Below, one piece after another: positions 55,482-62,949 of a stretch of DNA of 64,000 nt (within the stretch, counting starts at the first letter, position 1; each line of letters starts with the position of its first letter). The notes beneath the pieces are model-generated. The model saw nothing but the letters and a program-made list of their open reading frames with translations, was not told the origin of the DNA and made no database searches. The DNA is from Patescibacteria group bacterium. Lineage in GTDB: Archaea; Nanobdellota; Nanobdellia; Pacearchaeales; GW2011-AR1. Both the position numbers and the translations under genes were made by a program. The stretch is taken from the NCBI GenBank assembly GCA_019428815.1, contig JAHYJW010000001.1, positions 116,363-180,362 on the forward strand, in the 5' to 3' direction.

Positions 55482-56636
55482 ATGCCTACAAAATATGATG
55501 TATTTGCTGAAATTTTTGAAAAAGCACCTTGCAAACCAAAGGATCTTGAATTTAAAACTCCTATCTATGCACAGGTAAACTCTCTTATTAGCCAGGGATG
55601 GGTTAAAAAAACAAAACAAGGAATTTTAAATCCTATAAAAAATAAAGAAACTGAATTTATATTTAGTATTCTTAAATGGTCTTTAAAAAATAATCTTAAT
55701 TATAACTTTTGGTTTTCTGAAAATCTTCCAAATATTTTAAGAGTCTTGTCAAAATCAATACCCAAAATAAATCCCAAAGCATTATCTAATAATAAAAAAA
55801 AGCAAGAAATTGTTAATTTTTTTGAGGATAATCAATTTTTAGTCTTATGGAAAAGAAAACCTAAACTTGGAACTTTGTTAAATCACTCTTTATTTGATTT
55901 AATTATGGAAAAAAAAGGTATTAAAGAAAAGATAAACGAAAAATATCTTTCTTATATTGAAATTAATAAAGAAATATTAAAAATTTCTAAGAAAGAAATT
56001 AATCCTTTTGATATAAAAATATTTGAATTTTTAGCAGGTTCAGCGCAATTGGAAGGAAGCACAGTAAGTATTGGAGAAACAGTTGATTTAATTTTAAAAT
56101 CAATTTATCCAGATAAACCAAATGAAGATATTCAAATGGTTAAGAATCTTAACGAATCTTTGCATTTTATAATTGACAATTTAGATAAAGATTTGACTAT
56201 TGATAGTTTAAAAGAAATAAACAAAAGGTGTCTTTTTTCATTGCATAAAGGGGCTGGAGAGTTTAAGAAAACACAAAATAAAATTCTTGGAAATCCTAAT
56301 TTTAAAACTACCTCTCCAGAAAAAGTTGTTAATGAACTTGAAAAATTCTGTGAAGGATTTAACAAAATCAAAACAAGAGAAGAATGTCTTAAACAATTAG
56401 GATTTATTCATAATCAGCATCAGAGAATACACCCCTTTGTTGATGGAAATAGTAGAACGACTAGATTTTTAGTAAATTGGTTGTTAATGAAATTTAAATT
56501 TCCTTTATTAATTATTAAACCTGGAGCATTTGAAAAATATATGAGTCTAACAAAATTATCAACTAGAAGAGACGATGATAACTTAAGAGATTTTTTACTT
56601 CACTTAATTTTGCATGAAGAATTAGTAAATAGATAA
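55482..56636 (+). CDS. Fic family protein (class II) with an N-terminal winged-helix-like domain
   Basis: HPFVDGNSRTTR and SAQLEGS inhibitory motif. Paralogous in layout to the 61328-62569 protein. Confidence 0.85.
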   Translation: MPTKYDVFAEIFEKAPCKPKDLEFKTPIYAQVNSLISQGWVKKTKQGILNPIKNKETEFIFSILKWSLKNNLNYNFWFSENLPNILRVLSKSIPKINPKALSNNKKKQEIVNFFEDNQFLVLWKRKPKLGTLLNHSLFDLIMEKKGIKEKINEKYLSYIEINKEILKISKKEINPFDIKIFEFLAGSAQLEGSTVSIGETVDLILKSIYPDKPNEDIQMVKNLNESLHFIIDNLDKDLTIDSLKEINKRCLFSLHKGAGEFKKTQNKILGNPNFKTTSPEKVVNELEKFCEGFNKIKTREECLKQLGFIHNQHQRIHPFVDGNSRTTRFLVNWLLMKFKFPLLIIKPGAFEKYMSLTKLSTRRDDDNLRDFLLHLILHEELVNR

Positions 56637-56640
56637 ACTC

Positions 56641-56690
56641 CCTTTAAGGTGCCAAAAGTGTAAAACACCCTAACTCGGGGCATATCAGAA
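56641..56690 (-). repeat. GC-rich repeat element, diverged inverted copy C
   Basis: ccctttaaggtgcca...ctcggggcatat matches the reverse complements of copy A (ccctctaaagtgcca...ctcggggcg) and copy B (...ccggggcataat). Confidence 0.45.
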
Positions 56691-56757
56691 TGAACTAGGG
56701 TTTCAGATATTTTCTACGATTAGAATAATTTCTTCCTATAATTTTTCTTTTTTTGGA

Positions 56758-57363
56758 CTAATTCCAAAGAGGTCTTTTAAGAGAAGTTTTATTTAATTTC
56801 TTTCCAAGCTTATCTTTTAAGTTAGACAAGTCTTCTTCAGTAGTACAGACAAAACTAAAGTTGTCCTGTTCGGAACAAAGTTTTTCATATCCAGATATTT
56901 TTTCTTTCATTACGTTAGCATATTTTTCCTCATTCCTCCCAAAATGTTCTATAATTATAGTTTCATTTCCATCGTTTATAACAAAATCTGGATGGTAGCA
57001 GTGCCCGTCAAAATTCATTTCTTCTTCATATAATGGGTGTAGTTTGTTTTGAACCAAAAAAAGATATATTATGACTTCTGATTTAGATTTAAAAGGTATT
57101 TGATTAAAGTAGTATTTTCCTTTATATTTTTCTCTAAACTCTTCTTCTTTTTTATTTTCTACAAATTTTATTTGCTTAATCTTTTTTTCTTCTTGTTGCC
57201 TTTCAAGCCAATGGATCTTACAGAGATTATGTCCCTCTTGAACTTCAGCACCACAAACTTCACATTTTGGCTTTTGTTTTTCTTTTTGAGAACATTCCCA
57301 ACAATAATTAAACCAGGGTTTCTTTTGATTTCCGCACTTTGGGCATATATTTTTATTAACCAT
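56758..57363 (-). CDS. Double zinc-ribbon protein with a PD-(D/E)xK-nuclease-like C-terminal domain (tentative)
   Basis: CPKCGN...CWEC and CEVCGA...CKIH. C-terminal SKSEVIIYLFL...YHPDFVI...IIIEHFG resembles restriction-endonuclease-fold modules. Confidence 0.4.
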   Translation of the reverse strand: MVNKNICPKCGNQKKPWFNYCWECSQKEKQKPKCEVCGAEVQEGHNLCKIHWLERQQEEKKIKQIKFVENKKEEEFREKYKGKYYFNQIPFKSKSEVIIYLFLVQNKLHPLYEEEMNFDGHCYHPDFVINDGNETIIIEHFGRNEEKYANVMKEKISGYEKLCSEQDNFSFVCTTEEDLSNLKDKLGKKLNKTSLKRPLWN

Positions 57364-57511
57364 AATTAAACTCTAATTTTTCCCGTTTATAGAATTAAAC
57401 AGAAAAATAGCTTTATATAATTAATCAAAGAACCATCTAAAAAAGAGGAAGAAAACTATCTTTTTTGTATTAATAGTGCTGAAAATTGAAGATATTTTCT
57501 ATAATAGAAAT

Positions 57512-57521
57512 CCTTTTAAAC
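57512..57521 (+). promoter_or_regulatory. TATA-like element ccttttaaac, about 25 nt upstream of the precursor ATG
   Basis: Same spacing as the other candidate promoters in this window. Confidence 0.3.
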
Positions 57522-57541
57522 TTTTGAGTACTTAGGATTTT

Positions 57542-57739
57542 ATGGTAGAAGATTCAAAACTTGAAAGTGTGAAAATTGAAGATCTTGAGGGTATATGTGT
57601 TTCAGGTAAAAGCCTAGGGGACGATAAAGAATATGTGACTTCTGAGGATATCTACAGAGCCCTAAGTTCGCCTAAAGATTCGTTAAATTGTGCTTGGGGA
57701 AGATGTGTTTGGGGTCAATGTAATTATTCCCGAAAATAA
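57542..57739 (+). CDS. Candidate precursor peptide (acidic leader plus Cys/Trp-rich C-terminal core)
   Basis: 65 aa ending in ...SPKDSLNCAWGRCVWGQCNYSRK. Lies 28 nt upstream of two radical-SAM/SPASM genes. Confidence 0.6.
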   Translation: MVEDSKLESVKIEDLEGICVSGKSLGDDKEYVTSEDIYRALSSPKDSLNCAWGRCVWGQCNYSRK

Positions 57740-57742
57740 AAA

Positions 57743-57753
57743 GATTTATTAAC
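57743..57753 (+). promoter_or_regulatory. TATA-like element gatttattaac, about 20 nt upstream of the ATG at 57768
   Basis: Near-identical to gatttattaatt at 62919-62930, which has the same spacing to the ATG at 62950. Confidence 0.3.
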
Positions 57754-57767
57754 ATACCCCCACAAAA

Positions 57768-59003
57768 ATGAAACTAAAAGCACCCCTGAGTACACAAATA
57801 GAGGTGACTTCAAGTTGTAACCATAGCTGTGTCTATTGCTATAATCCTTTTGAACATAAAACAATCTCAATGGATAAATCTCAGTTGCATTATATAATAA
57901 ACGAATTGTGTGATCATGAGGTTTTTTCTTTAATTTTTACTGGGGGTGAACCTTTTATGAACAGAGGTGTTTTAATTAATGGTTTAAGATCCGCTCAAGA
58001 AAAGGGGAGGGATACTTACCTAAATTCGAACCTATCAATTCCTTTAAGAAATGAAGAAATTAATGTCTTAAAAAATGTTAAAAATATACTATTCTCCTTT
58101 CCTTCTTCTAATCCTAAAAAATATTTTCAAATAACAAACCAAGATAGTTTTAAAAATGTTTTAAAGAATTTAGAGAGGCTTGCATCCAATGAAATTACTC
58201 TTACGGCAAACCAGGTGGTCATACCCTTAAATAGAGAAGAAATTTATGAAAATGCGTCGTTTCTTAAGGATCTCTTTGACATAAGGAATTTTTGTGCAAC
58301 CCCAGTAAACCCCTCTGGGTGTCTTAGGGAACAGTATTCTTTATTCCAGGAGGATTATACTAAAATTATTCGGGATTTATTAGAAGTAAAAGATACTCTT
58401 GATATGGAAGTTGGAGTACTTACCTGCTTGCCCCCCTGTCTTTTAGAAGAAGACCTTAGATCAAATAGCCTCATTAATAAGATATGTTCTGCAGGAAAAA
58501 GCTCATCTGCCGTTGGTGTAAATGGAGAAGTTAGAAAATGTGTTGAATGCGATAAATCTTATGGAAACATATTTGAAGAATCTTTTTCTGGAATATGGAA
58601 TAGAATAAATTCAGAACAAACCACCGTTCATGAAATTTGTAAAGACTGCCCTATTAAAATAGGTTGTAGTACTGGTTGTGAAGCAAGAGCGCTTAAAAAT
58701 AAGGGTGTTGATCCATTAATCCAAGGGCCAATACCTTTTTTTTCTCAACCGCCCCCTATAGAGATGAATAACCAATCTTTTTATTTTTTAAAAAGATTTA
58801 ACAGTAGAAATGAAGAAGGGGAACAATACATTATAACAGATGAAGGTTCTTTTCTTCTTTATGGAAACAGGTCTTTAATTAATTTCTTAGAAAAGTTAAA
58901 AGATAAAATATTTACAATTTCTGAAATAAAAACAGAATTGGGAGAAAGGGGCTTAGGGCTTATAAAATATCTCAATTCACAAGGTTTAATTGAAAAAAAA
59001 TGA
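57768..59003 (+). CDS. Radical SAM / SPASM-domain peptide maturase with a C-terminal PqqD(RRE)-like tail
   Basis: C17-x3-C21-x2-C24 (CNHSCVYC), GGEPF, SPASM CSAGKSSSAVGVNGEVRKC...CKDCPIKIGCSTGC (CX2CX5CX3C), and a ~90-aa tail ...YIITDEGSFLLYGNRSLINFLEKLKDKIFTISEIKTELG...YLNSQGLIEKK. Confidence 0.85.
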   Translation: MKLKAPLSTQIEVTSSCNHSCVYCYNPFEHKTISMDKSQLHYIINELCDHEVFSLIFTGGEPFMNRGVLINGLRSAQEKGRDTYLNSNLSIPLRNEEINVLKNVKNILFSFPSSNPKKYFQITNQDSFKNVLKNLERLASNEITLTANQVVIPLNREEIYENASFLKDLFDIRNFCATPVNPSGCLREQYSLFQEDYTKIIRDLLEVKDTLDMEVGVLTCLPPCLLEEDLRSNSLINKICSAGKSSSAVGVNGEVRKCVECDKSYGNIFEESFSGIWNRINSEQTTVHEICKDCPIKIGCSTGCEARALKNKGVDPLIQGPIPFFSQPPPIEMNNQSFYFLKRFNSRNEEGEQYIITDEGSFLLYGNRSLINFLEKLKDKIFTISEIKTELGERGLGLIKYLNSQGLIEKK

Positions 59004-60232
59004 AAAAAATTGAATTATCTCAAAATAAATCTTTTTTAATAAATCCTGAAAATGGTAAATGGGGAATTTCAAGTACTAAAAAAATAGGAGAATTAGAGGA
59101 AAAATTAAGAGACCCTTTACCAAAAAAAGAATATTTAGGAACAAGATTAATTGTCATTAATTCTTCCAACAAATGTAATCTTGATTGTGTTTATTGTTCA
59201 GAAAAAGAACACAGAATGAATTCTGAGGAAATGACATACGAAATTGCAAAGAAAATAGTGGATAGGTCAATCGAAGACCAATATAATCCTGAAATTGTTT
59301 TTCATGGAAGTGAACCAACAAGGAATTTCGATTTTATTAAAAAAGTTATTTTTTATGGGTATGAAAAATCAAGGGAATTAAATAAAAGAATTAGATTTTC
59401 CATTCAGAGCAATTTAGCTGAAATTCCGGAAGATTTTTTAGATTTTATTAAAGAATATAGTGTTGGTGTTTCTACAAGTATCGATGGAACTCGAGAAATT
59501 CATGATAAACTAAGACCTTATAAAGGTCAAGTATCCTCTTTTGAGGACATCTTTTCTAATGCAAAAAGAATCTTGAATCAACAAGGGACTTTGAATGTAG
59601 TTACAGTTATAACTAAGTTTAATGTAAAAATGCTTAATGAAATCTCAGATTTTTTTGAATCTGAAGGAATTACCTCTTGGCAAACAATACCTGTAGAAAA
59701 AAGTCATTTTTATGCTCCAGAACCCCAAATTTTAGGTGAATCCTACACCCAATTTTTTGATAAAATATTCTCAAAAATTGAAGAAAAGAAACAAAGGTTG
59801 GAAATAAAATCTTTAGCTCAATATCTTAGTTCAATTTTTTTTCATAATGGTATAGACTCTTGTAGAATCTGTAGTTCAAGCAATTTTCATCCTTTAATAG
59901 CTATTGACCAGGAAGGAGACGCTTATCCTTGTGATTATTTTTGGGGCGATAAAAAATTTAAAATTGGGAATGTAACTAATCAGTCTCTTAAAGAGATAGT
60001 TGATAATCCTTCAAACTTACGTATGAGAGATATAAACGAAACTAATTGTTCAGTATGTACTTGGAAAATGATTTGTGGGGGAGGTTGTTTAGCGGGAAGT
60101 TATGAGTCTAATAATGAAAAACCGCCCTATTGTTTAACTCATAAAATTGTCTATGATTATCTTTCTAAAAAAATGCCTGAACTAATAGGTAAAGATTTAA
60201 TTAACCCTGTTCTTTCTTGGTTAATAAAATGA
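59000..60232 (+). CDS. Radical SAM / SPASM-domain peptide maturase (second paralog, N-terminal extension)
   Basis: CNLDCVYC at about residue 59, HGSEPT, SPASM CRICSS...DQEGDAYPC...CSVCTWKMICGGGC. ATGA overlap with the upstream gene. Confidence 0.85.
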   Translation: MKKIELSQNKSFLINPENGKWGISSTKKIGELEEKLRDPLPKKEYLGTRLIVINSSNKCNLDCVYCSEKEHRMNSEEMTYEIAKKIVDRSIEDQYNPEIVFHGSEPTRNFDFIKKVIFYGYEKSRELNKRIRFSIQSNLAEIPEDFLDFIKEYSVGVSTSIDGTREIHDKLRPYKGQVSSFEDIFSNAKRILNQQGTLNVVTVITKFNVKMLNEISDFFESEGITSWQTIPVEKSHFYAPEPQILGESYTQFFDKIFSKIEEKKQRLEIKSLAQYLSSIFFHNGIDSCRICSSSNFHPLIAIDQEGDAYPCDYFWGDKKFKIGNVTNQSLKEIVDNPSNLRMRDINETNCSVCTWKMICGGGCLAGSYESNNEKPPYCLTHKIVYDYLSKKMPELIGKDLINPVLSWLIK

Positions 60233-60885
60233 AAACTAAGTTAATAATAAAAAAGAATAAAATTGTTTCGCCAACTATTGGAAAATGTAATGATTACACT
60301 AAGGAGGCTATCTCTAAAATTGAAAAATTTTTTAATAAAAAAATAGATTTTAAGATTATTTTTTTAAAATCAAGAGATGAAATAAATAAAACTTATTCAA
60401 ATTTTTTTGGTAAAGATTATCAAACAGAAAACTGGGTTGTAGGAGGTTTTTTTGGTAAAGATACTGTTTATATTCTCAACGAAGATTCTTTTGATTCTGA
60501 ATCCTGCCATCCCAAAAAAGAATTTTTTCCAACTCTTGTTCATGAAATAACTCATATTTTTATTAAAAAAATCTTTGGATTTCAGTATCCTTTTTGGCTT
60601 AATGAAGGAATTGCATCTGTTGTTGCAGATCAAGATAATATCAATTTAGACAAAAAAGATAACTTACAAAATGCTTATACTCAAGAGGACTGGATTAAAA
60701 AAAATCCTTATTTAACTGCGGGGAAATTTACAAGATTTTTAATAAATGAATATAGTAAAGAAAAGGTCTTTGAGCTTATGAAGAAACTAGATATCCAAGA
60801 AAAAAAAGATTCATTCAAAGAAAAGTTTAAAAAAATCTTTGAAAATGATTTTGATACTATTTGGGAATGTTGGTTTAAAAAATGA
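60229..60885 (+). CDS. HExxH...NEG gluzincin-like (peptidase MA-like) protein, candidate leader peptidase
   Basis: LVHEITHIF...PFWLNEGIASV. The Met at 60229 gives an ATGA overlap with the preceding stop codon. The ORF track starts it at 60217. Confidence 0.55.
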   Translation: MKTKLIIKKNKIVSPTIGKCNDYTKEAISKIEKFFNKKIDFKIIFLKSRDEINKTYSNFFGKDYQTENWVVGGFFGKDTVYILNEDSFDSESCHPKKEFFPTLVHEITHIFIKKIFGFQYPFWLNEGIASVVADQDNINLDKKDNLQNAYTQEDWIKKNPYLTAGKFTRFLINEYSKEKVFELMKKLDIQEKKDSFKEKFKKIFENDFDTIWECWFKK

Positions 60886-61292
60886 AAATAAAATTATATC
60901 ATGGTTCTTCAAGAAAATTAAGAGTATTAAAACCCTCTTTAGCCAAAGGAATAGGGCCCTTTCAAAACCAAAAAGCCATATTTCTTACTAAAGATTTTGA
61001 GCAGGCAGCATTATACTCTATTTCAAAACATTTAAAGGGAAAAACACAGTTTGCTTTACCTCCCAAAAAGCTCATAATTGTAGGAAAATTTAAACTTTCT
61101 AAAGGGTATGTTTATGAGATAGAACTAAATAAAAAAGATGTTTTAAAAGGAGATTTAAAAGATTATGAATTTGCATATTTAAAACCGATTAAAAAGTTTA
61201 AGATTTATGAAATAGATCCTCAAAATTACAAAAAACAGATTATTTTGGTAGGTACCCCCGAAGAAATGACAAGGCTATTAAATCGAAAATAA
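60882..61292 (+). CDS. Hypothetical 136-aa protein translationally coupled to the peptidase-like gene
   Basis: ATGA overlap. LYHGSS...AIFLTKDFEQAALYS...GYVYEIE. No secure family assignment. Confidence 0.45.
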   Translation: MKIKLYHGSSRKLRVLKPSLAKGIGPFQNQKAIFLTKDFEQAALYSISKHLKGKTQFALPPKKLIIVGKFKLSKGYVYEIELNKKDVLKGDLKDYEFAYLKPIKKFKIYEIDPQNYKKQIILVGTPEEMTRLLNRK

Positions 61293-61327
61293 AAATAATA
61301 TAACAAATTAGTTGATATGTATTAATA

Positions 61328-62569
61328 CTATATCAACTTCTCATTGATTTTTTTTAGATTGAATAAGATTGTTTTTTGTAGATTTTCAAAAAGTTGTTTA
61401 TCTTCTCTTTTTTTTGATCCCTTAGTATAGCTGAGATACTCATCTAACAATCCAAATGGAATGTCTAACATTGGGATTCCTTTTGAATGTAATAAGTGGA
61501 ATGTTATTAATCTAGTAGTTCTACTGTTTCCATCTCCAAAAGGATGAATATACTGAAATTGATTATGAAAGTATGCAGAAAAATCAATTATTTCTTTTAT
61601 TGAAGTTTTTTTATTTTTTAGAAATTTGTCATATTTTTCTAATAGCTCTTTAAGAAGATATTTTACTTCTTCTGGCTTTGCTGTTTTAAAATTCGGATTG
61701 TTTTTTATACTAACTGGATAATCTCTTATCATCCCTGCAAATTCTTTTTTATGTTCCATTGCTATTTGATGGTACTCTAAAACTGCTTCTTGTGTTAATG
61801 TTCTTCCTTGTTGGGCATCATTTAGCATCTTGAGAATGGCCTTTTGATAATTTTTAACTTCTTCAATATCTTCATTTCTTAAATCTCTTGGGATTACTTC
61901 TTGTTTTAAAATTTTTATTGTATCTGGGAGGGTTATTGGATTGCCTTCTAAAGAAAGACTATGTTGGACAAAATTAATTTCAAATTCGTTTACTAGTTTT
62001 TCATATCCCTTTTCATTTTGTTTTTTTAATCTTTTGAATAGGATTAATTCTTTTTCTATTTCATCTAGATAATTAATTGAATTTTTTCTTGAGGGTTTTA
62101 TTTTATAATCAAAATAAACTAGGAGATTATTAATTAAAGTATTATCAAAAACTCTTGCCTTTAGTGGTTTTTTAGAACTTATTAAAATCAAACCATATTT
62201 ATCTAAAATTTTTATATATTTTTTAAAGGTTTTAGGATTAACTTTAATATCTTTTTGTTGAAATTCTTCTTTTTTTAAGGATTCGTAAATAAAATCTGCT
62301 AAATTTTTATCTAATAAAAGATTGTAATTGATGTCATTTCGAGTACAATAATAAATTAGCTTGTATAAAAGCTCTGTTTTTTCTGATTTCTTTATTTGAA
62401 ATTCTGAGCCCTTTTTGATTAAAAGATTTTCTTTTACTAAATCGTTTAAAATTCTGTGAATGTTTTTATATTCTGAACTATCTTTGTTAAGAATTCTTGC
62501 TACTTCAATAGGTTTTGTTAGAGACTTATTTTTATAAACAATTTCGAACACATCATTTTTAGTTACCAT
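61328..62569 (-). CDS. Fic family protein (class II) with an N-terminal winged-helix-like domain
   Basis: HPFGDGNSRTTR and SLSLEGN inhibitory motif. Confidence 0.85.
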   Translation of the reverse strand: MVTKNDVFEIVYKNKSLTKPIEVARILNKDSSEYKNIHRILNDLVKENLLIKKGSEFQIKKSEKTELLYKLIYYCTRNDINYNLLLDKNLADFIYESLKKEEFQQKDIKVNPKTFKKYIKILDKYGLILISSKKPLKARVFDNTLINNLLVYFDYKIKPSRKNSINYLDEIEKELILFKRLKKQNEKGYEKLVNEFEINFVQHSLSLEGNPITLPDTIKILKQEVIPRDLRNEDIEEVKNYQKAILKMLNDAQQGRTLTQEAVLEYHQIAMEHKKEFAGMIRDYPVSIKNNPNFKTAKPEEVKYLLKELLEKYDKFLKNKKTSIKEIIDFSAYFHNQFQYIHPFGDGNSRTTRLITFHLLHSKGIPMLDIPFGLLDEYLSYTKGSKKREDKQLFENLQKTILFNLKKINEKLI

Positions 62570-62800
62570 ACTATCCCTATGTTCTAATACTTTATAAATC
62601 TTACTATTTAGTACTATTTATAGAACTTTTATCTATTTTTGGTACTAAATGGCATAATATCTTCGGTTTCAACGCCCAGCTTGTGTGTTGATTTCTTTTA
62701 TAAATTAAATGGAAAAAGATTACATCACTAAACTCTATCCAATAAAACATCTTCGAAAGAAGCAAGAGTAGATCACTTAGAAATTGCATAATAGTATTAT

Positions 62801-62887
62801 GCCCCGGCCGAGCAAGGGGTTCTTGTAGCATATTAGGGGGTTTTTATTAATCATCATGATTTTTTTGTTGATGAAGGTGATTTAAAA
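62801..62887 (+). repeat. GC-rich repeat element, copy B
   Basis: gccccggccgagcaaggggttcttgtagcatattagggggtttttattaatcatcatgatttttttgttgatgaaggtg... is a direct repeat of copy A. Confidence 0.6.
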
Positions 62888-62918
62888 ATGTTGGGGAAGC
62901 AAATCAATTAAAAGAAAA

Positions 62919-62930
62919 GATTTATTAATT
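62919..62930 (+). promoter_or_regulatory. TATA-like element gatttattaatt, about 25 nt upstream of the ATG at 62950
   Basis: The sequence and spacing recur elsewhere in the window. Confidence 0.3.
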
Positions 62931-62949
62931 ATTTAAAGATTGTTGACTT

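Noticed and set aside
55425-55619. 64-aa minus-strand ORF across the Fic gene start and promoter
   Set aside because: It is antisense to the Fic gene and its TATA-like element and is not supported.
57480-57493. The 14-nt exact match tgaaaattgaagat lies 90 nt upstream of the same string inside the precursor leader (57570-57583); I considered it as a relic of a second precursor copy
   Set aside because: It has no start codon or open frame around it, and flanking similarity fades within a few nucleotides. In an AT-rich genome this could be chance.
62604-62831. 75-aa minus-strand ORF
   Set aside because: It runs through repeat copy B and the intergenic hairpin gcataatagtattatgc and has no coding-like features. 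It is most likely spurious.
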